Below are positions 10,540 to 20,367 of a stretch of 56,728 nucleotides of DNA, one piece after another. Where the stretch lies: the NCBI GenBank assembly GCA_026225015.1, contig JAMFRY010000062.1, positions 1-56,728 of the forward strand. Direction: 5' to 3'. This DNA is from Alphaproteobacteria bacterium (lineage in GTDB: Bacteria > Pseudomonadota > Alphaproteobacteria > Acetobacterales > Acetobacteraceae). The notes below the pieces were generated by a model. That model made no database searches. It had not been told where the DNA came from and saw nothing but the letters and a program-made list of their open reading frames with translations. Within the stretch, counting starts at the first letter, position 1, and each line of letters begins with the position of its first letter. The translations under genes and the position numbers were made by a program.

Positions 10540-11688
10540 ATGGCAGCCGCTTCCAAACCGGCGCCGAAAATAAGGGCGCCCAAACTGGCGAAGGGGCATC
10601 GCGCGCGGCGTCTGCCGAAACCGCTGATAATTTTCTGGGGCACGTTCGCGGGCGTCGTGTTGGTTACAATCGCCGTGTTGCAATATCTCGGTCCGCCGGC
10701 GCCGATGCTCGCCGCCGGCATTATTCATCATGCCGTGGCGCCTGCCGCACCCGTGAAGGCGGCGGTTACCACAAAAACCAAAACTGCTTCTCCGCTACCA
10801 GCCCCGCCTGCCCTGCCTGAAACGGGCACTGGCAGCACGCTGGCGCCGGGGCAACCCATTCCGGCGCCGATTGCCGCGCTGCTCGGGCCATCCGCTACCA
10901 ATCCCAACTGGCTGGTGCCGCGACTCGGCCCCAATAACACGGCTTCCATGCAGGCTTATGCGGCGAGCATCCCTTCCCGGCCCGGCCCGCGTGTCGCCCT
11001 ATTGGTGGCCGACATCGGCGATGACAATACGCAGAGCCAGGAAGCGGTGACCACCTTGCCTGCTGCCGTATCGCTCGCCCTTTCGCCCTACGGGCAGCAT
11101 AGCAGCGCGATTGCGGCGCTGGCCCGCGCTTCCGGGCATGAAACGCTGCTCGCCATTCCCATGCAGGAGGCCGACCCCTCAACCGAAAATGCCGGCAACG
11201 AGGCACTCGTGATGGCCGGGCCGATTACCCAGGACCAGCCGATGCTGGATTGGAACTTGTCGCGGTTTCAGGGCTATGCCGGCGTCACCGATGCGATCGG
11301 GGTAACGCAGGGTGCCGGGTTCATGGCCAATACCAACGCCAAGTCCTGGCTTCTGCAGGAGATCGCGGATAAAGGCCTGTTTTTCATCGATGCGCGGCAA
11401 ACCGGCGCCGCGCCCTATGCCTGGAACCGCACCGCCGATGTGGTGATCGATCCTGTGCTGGCGCCCCAGGCGGAAGCCGCGCAATTGGCGCAGCTTGCCG
11501 CCGATGCCAAGCTGCAAGGCAATGCATTGGGGATTTTGCTTAGCCCCGCGCCGGCAGCGCTCTCAGGCCTGGCGAGCTGGATTCAAACGCTGAACGCGCA
11601 AGGGATAACGCTGGTGCCGGTGAGCGCACTGGCGCTGCCCCCGATCGGCGCTTCGCTGCCGGCTCCTGCCGCAGCGGTGGCTCCATGA
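10540..11688 (+). CDS. Divergent polysaccharide deacetylase (YibQ/DUF610)
   Basis: N-terminal TM, LPAAVSLALSPY, GHETLLAIPM, GLFFID; conserved position after ctpA. Confidence 0.82.
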   Translation: MAAASKPAPKIRAPKLAKGHRARRLPKPLIIFWGTFAGVVLVTIAVLQYLGPPAPMLAAGIIHHAVAPAAPVKAAVTTKTKTASPLPAPPALPETGTGSTLAPGQPIPAPIAALLGPSATNPNWLVPRLGPNNTASMQAYAASIPSRPGPRVALLVADIGDDNTQSQEAVTTLPAAVSLALSPYGQHSSAIAALARASGHETLLAIPMQEADPSTENAGNEALVMAGPITQDQPMLDWNLSRFQGYAGVTDAIGVTQGAGFMANTNAKSWLLQEIADKGLFFIDARQTGAAPYAWNRTADVVIDPVLAPQAEAAQLAQLAADAKLQGNALGILLSPAPAALSGLASWIQTLNAQGITLVPVSALALPPIGASLPAPAAAVAP

Positions 11689-12200
11689 CCGATATAAAAT
11701 TATCCGCGGCGCAGCTGGCGGCCTTGCCGTACCGGCGCAACGTCGGCGCGGTTTTGTTCAACGCCAACGGGTTGGTTCTGGTGGCGCGGCGTGCCGGCTT
11801 TGGCACGGCGGAGGCGCCGGGCGGGTGGCAGTTGCCGCAAGGCGGGATCGACGCCGATGAGAACCCGCGCAGCGCCATTTTCCGCGAGCTGCAAGAGGAA
11901 ATCGGCACCGCCAATGCCGAGATCATCGGCGAATATCCCGAATGGCTGCAATATGATTTGCCGGAGGAATTGATCGGCAAGGCATTCAAAGGCAAATATC
12001 GCGGCCAGTTGCAGCTTTGGTTCGCGCTGCGTTTCTTGGGCGCCGATGCCGACATCCGGCTCGACCTTGATCCGCACCCGGAATTTGACGCCTGGCGCTG
12101 GGTGGAAATTGGGAAATTGCCGGCGCTGGCGGTGGGATTCAAACGGCCCATTTATGAGGCGCTTGCGCATGCCTTCAAGGTTTACGCAAGCATTGGTTAG
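11685..12200 (+). CDS. rppH: RNA pyrophosphohydrolase (NUDIX)
   Basis: YRRNVG, WQLPQGGID..RELQEEIG Nudix box, YRGQLQLWF, EFDAWRW. Confidence 0.93.
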   Translation: MTDIKLSAAQLAALPYRRNVGAVLFNANGLVLVARRAGFGTAEAPGGWQLPQGGIDADENPRSAIFRELQEEIGTANAEIIGEYPEWLQYDLPEELIGKAFKGKYRGQLQLWFALRFLGADADIRLDLDPHPEFDAWRWVEIGKLPALAVGFKRPIYEALAHAFKVYASIG

Positions 12201-12209
12201 GAGGGCGAC

Positions 12210-12866
12210 ATGATGCAGCTTACCGCCTCGGACGGCCATAAATTCGAGGCGTTCGAAGCCGGGGACGTGAACGCCCCGCGCGCTTTGGTGGTCTTGCAGG
12301 AAATCTTCGGCGTGAACGCCCATATGCGCCGGGTTGCCGAACGCCTGGCAGGGTTCGGCTACCGGGTATTAAGCCCGGCTCTGTTCGATCGCGTCCAGCG
12401 CAATGCCGAGCTTGGCTATGGCCCGGAAGACCGCCAGCAAGGCGCGGCACTGCGGGCGGCCATTCCGGATGCGGCGGTGCTGGCGGATATCGAAGCGACG
12501 GCCTTGGCCCTTGGGGATCGCCCAACCGGGATCATCGGCTATTGCTGGGGCGGCAGCCTGGCCTGGACCGGGGCGACGCGGACCCACCAATTCAAGGCGG
12601 CAATTGGCTGGTATGGCGGGTTGATCGTCAATACCCGTGACGCGGCACCGAACTGCCCGGTGCAGCTGCATTTCGGCGAATTGGATGGCGGGATTCCACC
12701 GACCGACGTGGACGCGATCCGAACCGCGCATCCGGAAATTCCGATCTTCGTGTATCCCGGCGCTGGGCATGGCTTTGGCTGCGAGGAGCGATCCAGCTAC
12801 AGCCCGAAAGACGCGGAGCTGGCGGAGTTGCGCAGCCTGGCGTTTTTCGCCGAGCATTTGCGCTAG
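12210..12866 (+). CDS. Dienelactone hydrolase family protein
   Basis: QEIFGVN, GYCWGG nucleophile elbow, HFGELD, AGHGF. Confidence 0.93.
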   Translation: MMQLTASDGHKFEAFEAGDVNAPRALVVLQEIFGVNAHMRRVAERLAGFGYRVLSPALFDRVQRNAELGYGPEDRQQGAALRAAIPDAAVLADIEATALALGDRPTGIIGYCWGGSLAWTGATRTHQFKAAIGWYGGLIVNTRDAAPNCPVQLHFGELDGGIPPTDVDAIRTAHPEIPIFVYPGAGHGFGCEERSSYSPKDAELAELRSLAFFAEHLR

Positions 12867-12870
12867 GGGT

Positions 12871-13000
12871 AAGAAAGGGAGGCACTCCTTTTTCTGAAGA
12901 AAAAGAAGTAAAAAAACTTTATTGCATCTGGGCCATTGGCGCACGAACGTCCTGGATCAATAACAACAAAGGTTTTTGCACCGTTTGGGCGGCCAGCCCC
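12871..13000. repeat. Repeat family A element (left arm plus variant right arm)
   Basis: AAGAAAGGGAGGCACTCCTTTTTCTGAAGAAAAAGAAGTAAAAAAACTTT ... AAAGGTTTTTGCACCGTTTGGGCGGCCAGCC. Confidence 0.75.
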
Positions 13001-13175
13001 ATGAGAGGCATCCGAGGACGATGTTTCGTAGAGCGAGGTCATACTCCAGCCTGGAGCCGCTCCAGCATCGGGCGGCAGCTTGCTCCTGGGCATAGGCTGG
13101 CATGTAGCCGACCTGCACCCCGCGATTGCGCTTCAGCTCTCGAGAGATGCTCGATGGCGCGCGATGGAACTCACG
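12985..13175 (-). mobile_element. IS30-family transposase N-terminal remnant
   Basis: RAPSSISRELKRN..GYMPAYAQEQAAAR.WSGSRLE..LR..VL..L..GWPP matches the IS30 HTH and WSPEQI region; no DDE domain. Confidence 0.8.
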
Positions 13176-13229
13176 GCACGGTGCGCGGTAAATGTAAAGC
13201 ACCTAACATGAAACTGCCGGGAAATCTGC

Positions 13230-13952
13230 CTAACCCCGGCCTAGAAACGGCATGGTAAGCGGCAGCATGGTCGCCTCCAACATGTTGATGCCGGCCGGCA
13301 GCGTGGCCATCAGCAAGGCGGCGCGGGCCACTGCCGATGCCGGCATGATCCCCTCTTGCGCCACCAGCTCTTCCTGGCCCTGCCAGATCGCGCTTTCCGT
13401 GTTGCCGGGATGCAAGATGGAAACCGCGATGCCGTGGCTGCGGCCATCCAGGGCCATCGCGCGGGTCATGCCCTCCAGCGCAAATTTCGACGTGGTGTAG
13501 GCAATCGAGTTGCGGCGAGAGACTTTCGCCGAAACGCTGCCGATATTTATTATCCGCCCGGATTTGCGCGCCAGCATCCCACGGAATGCCGCCTGCGCGC
13601 AAAGAAATGCCGCCGTAACGTTCAGCTCCATGACGCCGCGCCATTGCTCCGCCGTCACATCCTCGGTGCGGGCACGGATATTGCCGCCGGCATTGTTGAC
13701 CAGGATGTCGATATCTCCGGCAGCCGCAAACAGCCCGGCAATATCTGCATCTTTCGTGAGGTCGGCCTGCACCGCGGTAACAGTGGCGCCAGTCGCGCGC
13801 AAAGTCTCAGCCGCAGCATCGAGTTTTTTGGCATCTCGCGCGGCGATGATCAAATCGCTGCCGGCTTGCGCGAATGCCTGCGCGATGGCCAGCCCGATGC
13901 CGCTGGAAGCGCCGGTAATTACGGTGCGTTTGCCGGCAAGAGGACTCGTCAA
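13230..13952 (-). CDS. Short-chain dehydrogenase/reductase
   Basis: [17 protein letters not shown] catalytic motif. Confidence 0.92.
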   Translation of the reverse strand: MTSPLAGKRTVITGASSGIGLAIAQAFAQAGSDLIIAARDAKKLDAAAETLRATGATVTAVQADLTKDADIAGLFAAAGDIDILVNNAGGNIRARTEDVTAEQWRGVMELNVTAAFLCAQAAFRGMLARKSGRIINIGSVSAKVSRRNSIAYTTSKFALEGMTRAMALDGRSHGIAVSILHPGNTESAIWQGQEELVAQEGIMPASAVARAALLMATLPAGINMLEATMLPLTMPFLGRG

Positions 13953-15382
13953 AGTCCCGCCTGGGTAATGAATTTGGTGACGAGATAGGGCTCCATCCCC
14001 TCCGCCCCGCCCTCGGAGCCGTAGCCGCTATCCTTGACGCCGCCGAACGGCGTTTCCGGAAGCGCCAGGCCGTGATGGTTGATGCTTATCATGCCGGACT
14101 CGATCTCTGCACCTAAAGCCGTGACCGTGGCCGCAGAGTGCGTATAGGCATAGGCGGCGAGACCGTAGGGCAGACGGTTGGCTTCGGCGATGGCGTCGGC
14201 GAAGGTTGCAAAGGGAAGCATCAAGGCGAGCGGGCCGAAGGGTTCCTCGTGCAGAACGGCCGCATCCGCCGGCAAGTCGGTAAGCACCGTGGGTTCGAAG
14301 AAATAGCCCTTATTGCCATGACGTTTCCCCCCCGTGGCGATCCTGGCGCCCTTTTGCACGGCATCGGCCACGAAATGCTCCATGGCGGCAATGCGGCGCT
14401 GGTTGGCGACCGGCCCCATACTGGTTGCCGGATCGAGCCCATTGCCAAGTTTAAGCGCCTCGGCCGCCCGCACGAAACGTTGCACGAATGGGTCAAACAC
14501 TTCGTTCTGAATCAGAAACCGTGTCGGCGAGACGCAAACCTGCCCGGCATTGCGGAATTTTGCCCCAGCCAAGATGCGCGCGGCGGCATCCAGATCGGCA
14601 TCGGCAAAAACGATCGCCGGCGCATGGCCGCCGAGTTCCATGGTCGCGCGCTTCATATTCGCACCCGCCATGGCGGCCAGATGCTTGCCAACCGCCGTCG
14701 AGCCGGTGAAGGAGATTTTTCGCACCACCGGATGCGGAATCAGATATTCGGAAATCTCCGCGGGCACACCGAAGACGAGTTGCAACACCCCATCCGGCAG
14801 CCCAGCATCGATAAAGGCCCGCACCAACTCGGCGCAGGAGGCGGGCGTTTCCTCCGGGCCTTTCAAGATGAAGGAACAGCCGGCGGCGAGTGCTGCCGAT
14901 ATTTTGCGCACCGCCTGGCTGACCGGGAAGTTCCAGGGCGTGAAACCCGCAACAACACCCACCGGCTCGCGCACGGAGAGCTGCGTGATGCCGGGACTGC
15001 GGGCCGGGATGACACGGCCATAGGCGCGGCGGCCTTCCTCGGCAAACCAGTCGACAACGTCCGCCGAGATGCCGAGCTCGATGCGGGCTTCGGCCAGCGG
15101 TTTGCCCTGCTCCTGCGTCAGCAGCACGGAGATGGATTCCAGGCGATCTCGCAGCAGTTCCGCGGCCTTGCGCAAGATTTTGCTGCGCTCAAAGGCCGAT
15201 GTTTTGCGCCAGATAGCAAAGCCTTTTGCCGCCGCTTCCAGCGCTGCATCAAGATCACCGATGCCGGCCCGGCTGAGTTTGCCGATCACCTCCTCGGTAG
15301 CGGGGTTGATAATGTCAATGGTTCGGCCACTGAACGCCGGGCGCCATTTTCCATCGATATGCAGCAACACATCCTGAGCCAT
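13949..15382 (-). CDS. NAD-dependent succinate-semialdehyde / alpha-ketoglutaric-semialdehyde dehydrogenase-like ALDH
   Basis: [55 protein letters not shown]. Confidence 0.9.
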   Translation of the reverse strand: MAQDVLLHIDGKWRPAFSGRTIDIINPATEEVIGKLSRAGIGDLDAALEAAAKGFAIWRKTSAFERSKILRKAAELLRDRLESISVLLTQEQGKPLAEARIELGISADVVDWFAEEGRRAYGRVIPARSPGITQLSVREPVGVVAGFTPWNFPVSQAVRKISAALAAGCSFILKGPEETPASCAELVRAFIDAGLPDGVLQLVFGVPAEISEYLIPHPVVRKISFTGSTAVGKHLAAMAGANMKRATMELGGHAPAIVFADADLDAAARILAGAKFRNAGQVCVSPTRFLIQNEVFDPFVQRFVRAAEALKLGNGLDPATSMGPVANQRRIAAMEHFVADAVQKGARIATGGKRHGNKGYFFEPTVLTDLPADAAVLHEEPFGPLALMLPFATFADAIAEANRLPYGLAAYAYTHSAATVTALGAEIESGMISINHHGLALPETPFGGVKDSGYGSEGGAEGMEPYLVTKFITQAGL

Positions 15383-15391
15383 GGTCCGCCC

Positions 15392-16714
15392 TTAATTCGC
15401 GGTGATGACGGCGCGCATAATTTCCACCATGCGGGCGATTTCCTCCGCCGTGGCGGCGAAAGGCGGGGCCAGCACGATGGTGTCGCCGGCGGCGCGGAGC
15501 ACAAGCCCGGCCTCGAAGGCCTTGCACAGAATCTTGTAGCCGCGCGCGCCCGGCTTTCCTTCCGGCGCCAGCTCCACCGCGCCGAGCAGGCCAAAGCCGC
15601 GCGTATCGGTAACATAAGGCAGGTCCTTAAATCCGCCGATCTGTTCCAGAAAAGCCGGGGTTAGCGCACGAACCCTCGCAAATGTGTCTTCCTCGCGAAA
15701 AATCTTCAGCGTGGCCAAGGCAGCTGCGCAGGCGACGGGGTGCGCGGAATAGGTATAACCGTGGAAGAACTCCACGTTTTCAGGCGGCGCCGCGTCGAGG
15801 ATGGTTTGCTGCACATCCTCGCGCACCGCGACGGCGGCCATCGGGATGCTGCCATTGCTGATGGCTTTCGCCAAAGTCATGATATCCGGAACCACGCCAA
15901 ACGTATCAGCGGCAAAAGCCTGACCGGTGCGGCCGAAGCCGGTGATGACTTCATCGAAAATCAGCAGAATGCCGTGTCTGGTGCAGATTTCGCGCAAACG
16001 TTCCAGGTAGCCTTTGGGCGGGACGAGAATGCCGGTGGAGCCGGCGATGGGCTCGACGATGCAGGCGGCGATGCTGTCTGCGCCGTGCAGATCGACCAAA
16101 CGCTGCAGGTCATCGGCAAGCTCGGCGCCGTGTTCGCCCTGGCCCATGACGAATTTGTTTTCCGGAATGACGGTATGGCGCAGATGCGAAACGCCGGGCA
16201 GGCCCAGCCCGAAGGCTTTGCGGTTGTTAACCATGCCGCCGACTGACCAGCCGCCGAAATTGACGCCATGATAGCCGCGCTCGCGCCCGATGAAACGCTG
16301 CCGCTGCCCCTCGCCGCGCACGCGATGATACTGGATGGCGATTTTCAGCGCGCTATCCACCGATTCCGAGCCGGAGCCGGTAAACAGGATGCGGTTCAAC
16401 CCATTGGGGAGCATCTCAGCCAGCTCCTGCGCCAGTTGAAATGCGGCCGGAACGCCATATTGAAAGGGCGGCGCGTAGTCGAGTACTTCCATCTGCCTTG
16501 TGACCGCCTCGCGGATTTCCCGCCTGCCATGGCCCAGGGGAATGCAATACAGCCCCGAGGAGCCATCCAGCAGTTTTTCGCCCTGCGGGTTAAAATAATA
16601 GACGCCCTCGGCCCGCGCAATCAGCCTTGGCGCATCCTGAAACGCCCGGTTGGCGGTGAAGGGCATCCATTGGTGTGCCAGTGGCTGGTTGCTGATGCGG
16701 CTCACGGCGGTCAT
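15392..16714 (-). CDS. Omega-amino acid (beta-alanine)-pyruvate aminotransferase, class III
   Basis: WMPFTANR, GSGSESVD, RERGYHGVNFGG, FDEVITGFGRTG, TLAK PLP Lys, HGYTYSAHP. Confidence 0.9.
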   Translation of the reverse strand: MTAVSRISNQPLAHQWMPFTANRAFQDAPRLIARAEGVYYFNPQGEKLLDGSSGLYCIPLGHGRREIREAVTRQMEVLDYAPPFQYGVPAAFQLAQELAEMLPNGLNRILFTGSGSESVDSALKIAIQYHRVRGEGQRQRFIGRERGYHGVNFGGWSVGGMVNNRKAFGLGLPGVSHLRHTVIPENKFVMGQGEHGAELADDLQRLVDLHGADSIAACIVEPIAGSTGILVPPKGYLERLREICTRHGILLIFDEVITGFGRTGQAFAADTFGVVPDIMTLAKAISNGSIPMAAVAVREDVQQTILDAAPPENVEFFHGYTYSAHPVACAAALATLKIFREEDTFARVRALTPAFLEQIGGFKDLPYVTDTRGFGLLGAVELAPEGKPGARGYKILCKAFEAGLVLRAAGDTIVLAPPFAATAEEIARMVEIMRAVITAN

Positions 16715-16825
16715 AGGTGTATCTCCTGCGAAGGGTCGCGCCAGCTTACTATTTTAAACACTCTACGCTAGTGCCTTTTTCCTCGGCGGCATGAAAGCTG
16801 CGCATGGCGGCCAGCTGTGACCGCT

Positions 16826-16885
16826 AAGAACGCGCCTTTTTGAAGAAAGGCTAGCCGCCCGCGGCGCCCCAAAAACTTTGGTAAT
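16826..16885. repeat. Repeat family A variant arm
   Basis: AAGAACGCGCCTTTTTGAAGAAAGGCTAGCCGCCCGCGGCGCCCCAAAAACTTT resembles the reverse complement of 43238-43303. Confidence 0.65.
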
Positions 16886-16938
16886 TGTCCCCCCTGACGC
16901 AGGTCGCTTGAACTCGGCCAATACCACCTCTATTTTCC

Positions 16939-17013
16939 TTTGGCGTAGCTCAGTGGTAGAGCGTTCGTTTAAGAAGCGAAAGGTCGCAGGTTCGATACCT
17001 CTCGCCCCGACCA
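16939..17013 (+). tRNA. Degenerate or chimeric tRNA-like element (anticodon AAG, tRNA-Pro-type 3' end); probable pseudo-tRNA or att scar
   Basis: TA-GCTC-AGTGGTA-GAGC D-arm; TTCGT-TTAAGAA-GCGAA anticodon arm; AGGTC variable loop; GCAGG-TTCGATA-CCTCT T-arm (1 mismatch); CGCCCCG-A-CCA end; acceptor stem has 2 mismatches. Confidence 0.75.
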
Positions 17014-17015
17014 AG

Positions 17016-17048
17016 AAAAGCTAGATGAGATAGACCGGTCTAGCTTTT
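17016..17048. terminator. Bidirectional terminator-like hairpin between the tRNA-like element and the PIN gene
   Basis: AAAAGCTAGA ... TCTAGCTTTT inverted repeat. Confidence 0.55.
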
Positions 17049-17051
17049 CAT

Positions 17052-17459
17052 TTATCTGTTTGTTTTTAATGCGTGAGGGCCGATTTCTACCCACATGCGC
17101 CGCGCGATTTTTTCTAACTTGAATGCCCATTCAAGCTCTAGAAACGACATTGCCTGTTCTATTCGTTTGGAAGCTAACACTTCACCACAACAAATTTGAA
17201 TAAGGCTGAGCCGGTCGAATCTGGTGTTGCGAGGAGTCATGCCATAGCGTTGCGCTATCTGCTTCATGTCCTTGTCGATCGCCACCAAAATAGCGTCGTT
17301 TGCAAGGGCGGTGGCCGCAACGACAGCGTCTGGCGTTCCGTCTGGTAATGCGTCTCGATGATAAATTGGTCTGTGGCCGAATGCGGCTAAAGCTCGTCCT
17401 ACAGAATCAGGAACTCCGGCATCTAAAAAAGCGGTAAACTTAACGCCAATTTGGCTCAA
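17052..17459 (-). CDS. DUF5615 / VapC45-like PIN-domain toxin
   Basis: FLDAGVP..V...L...GH, TPDAVV, ILVAIDKDM acidic PIN-like motif; TTGA overlap with the upstream gene; lower GC. Confidence 0.78.
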   Translation of the reverse strand: MSQIGVKFTAFLDAGVPDSVGRALAAFGHRPIYHRDALPDGTPDAVVAATALANDAILVAIDKDMKQIAQRYGMTPRNTRFDRLSLIQICCGEVLASKRIEQAMSFLELEWAFKLEKIARRMWVEIGPHALKTNR

Positions 17460-18091
17460 GCAGCCTCGTCGTAATCAATGGCAGCTCGAATATCATCATC
17501 CGTCAATGTAGGATACTCGTTACGAATTTGAGCGACAGAATATCCCGCCTCTGCAAAAGCTTTCACGCTGTGAACCGGAATGCGAGTTCCCGCCACGACT
17601 GGTTTATTGTGGGCAATATTCTTTTGCTTTTCTATTTTACCAATTTTGGAAACATCACGATGACGCATAGCGATAACAGCGTCTTCAATGCCACTCGTTA
17701 CAACTTGGAGCGGGATTTCAAGAATTGCTTGACCAGAAATAACCTCTTCCCGAACTTCCCCTTCGGGATTGTGGAATATAACTTTGCGGTTCAGAACGTA
17801 CAACGTTGTTTTGGCCCACAAATCGTCTCCAAGGTGAGCCAGTTTGGCTTTGACCTCTCTTAGATGAGTTAGTGTAACGTTCGCATCGTTCCTAAGCGCG
17901 TTTAATACCTTCAATGACACCAGATCACGGAAGGAATATAGCCGGCTGAATTTAGCTCGCCGGTCTTCAAATGCTAGGCTCGGCACAAAAAAATCCGTAT
18001 TATCCCAATCGCGCAGTTGGCGTTTGCTTACCCCAGTTAGCCGCTCGGTCTGGTCCTCAGTAAAGGCGGCGATAACGCTTGAAATTGACAT
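17456..18091 (-). CDS. MerR-type HTH plus DUF433 antitoxin (VapB45-like)
   Basis: LTGVSKRQLRDWD..RLYSFRDLV HTH; C-terminal KPVVAGTRIPV..GYS..I..EYPTLTDDDIRAAI DUF433; AGGAGG RBS before ATG 18091. Confidence 0.85.
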   Translation of the reverse strand: MSISSVIAAFTEDQTERLTGVSKRQLRDWDNTDFFVPSLAFEDRRAKFSRLYSFRDLVSLKVLNALRNDANVTLTHLREVKAKLAHLGDDLWAKTTLYVLNRKVIFHNPEGEVREEVISGQAILEIPLQVVTSGIEDAVIAMRHRDVSKIGKIEKQKNIAHNKPVVAGTRIPVHSVKAFAEAGYSVAQIRNEYPTLTDDDIRAAIDYDEAA

Positions 18092-18231
18092 ATCGACCCT
18101 CCTTTTCACGACACTGGACCAAAGTTGAAGTGAATCGTAACATATCTAACCGAAGACATTCAACTAGCATCGTAAGCCGTTGAAAAACTTATGTCTAGTT
18201 TCTTACAACCACGGCAAAAAACCGTGCCTAC

Positions 18232-20061
18232 TTACTGCGACGCCGCAACAGTCGCCAGCACGATCGCCCCATAGCGGTCCAGCTTGGTCGTCCCCATGCC
18301 CGGAATTTCCGCGAGTTTCGCCAGGCTCGCGGGCCGCGCGGTCGCAATGGCGATCAGCGTCGCATCGTGGAAAATCACATAGGCCGGAACGTTCTGTTCT
18401 TTCGCCATTCTGGCGCGCTCGGCGCGCAGCGCATCGAACAAGGCGCTCGCGGATGGCGGCACGGCGGCGCGCTCTTTTTTCTGGCGGATGGCGGCGGCGG
18501 TCGGCGCCTGGTCGCGGCGGAACGAGAGCGTTTCGGTCCCGCGCAGGATGGTCTGGGCGCGCCCCGTGATTTTCAGCGCACCGAAGGCATCGTGATCGAC
18601 CTCGATCGCGCCCAGCACGATGAGCTGGCGGAACACCGATCCCCATTCCCTGCGGTCGAGCTCCGTTCCCACGCCAAAAGTCGGCAGCTTGTCGTGCCCG
18701 AAGCGGGCAATTTTCTCGGTAGCGACCCCAAGCAGAATATCCGTCAAATGGCCGATGCCGAAGCGCGCGCCGGAGCGCAAAATCGCGGAGAGCGCTTTGC
18801 GCGCCGCGGTGGTCGCGTCCCACGTCGCGGATGGGGCGTTGCAGGTGTCGCAATTGCCGCAGGGCGCGGCCATGGTCTCGCCGAAATGCGCCAGGATCGC
18901 CTGGCGCCGGCAGGCGGCCGTTTCGCACACGCCGAGCAAGGAATCGAGCTTGCCGCGCTCGACGCGTTTGATCTCGGGCGGCGAGGCCCCGCTATCGATC
19001 ATGTTGCGGCGGAACACGATGTCCTGCATCCCATAGAGCAGCAATGTCTCGGCAGGCGCGCCGTCCCGCCCGGCCCGGCCGGTTTCCTGATAGAACGCCT
19101 CCAAACTGCCTGGCAGATCAACATGGACGACAAAGCGGATATCCGGCTTGTCGATACCCATGCCGAAGGCGACGGTGGCGACCAGGATGATCGCTTCCTC
19201 GGCAAGAAACGCATCCTGGTTGCGCGAGCGGATTCCTGCGCCCAGCCCGGCATGATACGGTAGCGCGTTGAAGCCGGCGGCGACCAAAGCGGCGGCGGTC
19301 TCATCCACGGTGGCGCGGCTCAGGCAATAAACAATGCCGGATTCCCCCGGATGCGCTTTCAAAAAGGTCTGAAGCTGGCGCTGCGGCGCGGCTTTGGGAA
19401 CGATGGCATAGCGGATATTCGGCCGATCGAAGCTGGCGAGGAACAACCTGGCATCCGGCAGGCGCAGGCGGCGGCGGATATCCTCGCGCGACTGCATGTC
19501 GGCGGTGGCGGTGAGCGCGATGCGCGGCACGCCGGGAAAGCGCTCGGCAAGCCCGGCGAGCTGCAGATATTCCGGCCGGAAGTCGTGCCCCCATTGGCTG
19601 ACGCAATGCGCCTCATCGATGGCGAATAAAGCGATATTGGCGCCGTCCAGCATGTCCAGAAAATCCGGCATCATCAGCCGTTCCGGCGCGACATAGAGCA
19701 GATCGAGCCGCCCGGCCCGCAGATCGGCGCGCACCTTGGTGCGCTCCGCCGGCTCCAGACTGGAATTGAGCGCGGCCGCGTTGATCCCAAGCTGCCGAAG
19801 GGCCGCGACCTGGTTGCGCATCAGCGCGATCAGCGGCGAGACGACAATGCCCACCCCGTCGCGGCACAAAGCGGGAAGCTGATAGCACAGCGATTTTCCG
19901 CCGCCGGTGGGCATCAGCACGATGGCGTCATTGCCGGAAATGACGTGTTCAATAATCTCCGCCTGCTGACCCCGAAACCCCGGCAGGCCGAAGACATTGT
20001 GCAGAACGGTCTCGGAGCCGGGTTTGGTTGGGAAATACGGGATTGCGAGCTCGGAGGGCAT
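18232..20061 (-). CDS. recQ: ATP-dependent DNA helicase RecQ
   Basis: [42 protein letters not shown], Zn-binding CRR..CGNCDTC, RQC and HRDC domains. Confidence 0.97.
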   Translation of the reverse strand: MPSELAIPYFPTKPGSETVLHNVFGLPGFRGQQAEIIEHVISGNDAIVLMPTGGGKSLCYQLPALCRDGVGIVVSPLIALMRNQVAALRQLGINAAALNSSLEPAERTKVRADLRAGRLDLLYVAPERLMMPDFLDMLDGANIALFAIDEAHCVSQWGHDFRPEYLQLAGLAERFPGVPRIALTATADMQSREDIRRRLRLPDARLFLASFDRPNIRYAIVPKAAPQRQLQTFLKAHPGESGIVYCLSRATVDETAAALVAAGFNALPYHAGLGAGIRSRNQDAFLAEEAIILVATVAFGMGIDKPDIRFVVHVDLPGSLEAFYQETGRAGRDGAPAETLLLYGMQDIVFRRNMIDSGASPPEIKRVERGKLDSLLGVCETAACRRQAILAHFGETMAAPCGNCDTCNAPSATWDATTAARKALSAILRSGARFGIGHLTDILLGVATEKIARFGHDKLPTFGVGTELDRREWGSVFRQLIVLGAIEVDHDAFGALKITGRAQTILRGTETLSFRRDQAPTAAAIRQKKERAAVPPSASALFDALRAERARMAKEQNVPAYVIFHDATLIAIATARPASLAKLAEIPGMGTTKLDRYGAIVLATVAASQ

Positions 20062-20109
20062 TCCTTCTGCTTACAGGCGCGCGGCGCGCCGGAGCAAACC
20101 GGATCATAT

Positions 20110-20145
20110 GCGGTTGGATCAACTCGTCCGACTCAATCCAACCGC
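20110..20145. repeat. Inverted repeat upstream of recQ
   Basis: GCGGTTGGAT-N16-ATCCAACCGC; weak similarity to 5824-5845. Confidence 0.45.
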
Positions 20146-20367
20146 CTAAAATTTATCGCCGAAATAAAACCTAGTGGCAGAAATCATCCACAGGGTACCC
20201 GTCTTCGACTGATCGGCCGACCGGCAACGGCACCCATTGAGTTTATTGGATAGGGTAGCGTCTGCAGATGTCTTAATTTTCGATACCCACCACTATAAGG
20301 TGGTTCTGTTGTGGAATTTGGTAAAATCTTCATAATGTGACCCAGTACTAACGTCCGGTGTTCACCC

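Noticed and set aside
16939-17013. tRNA-like element as an amber suppressor for the TAG at 6584
   Set aside because: The anticodon loop reads TT-AAG-AA, not CTA; no pyrrolysine machinery is seen, and other genes use TAG as a normal stop
20184-20192. TCATCCACA DnaA-like box upstream of recQ
   Set aside because: A single imperfect 9-mer; could occur by chance
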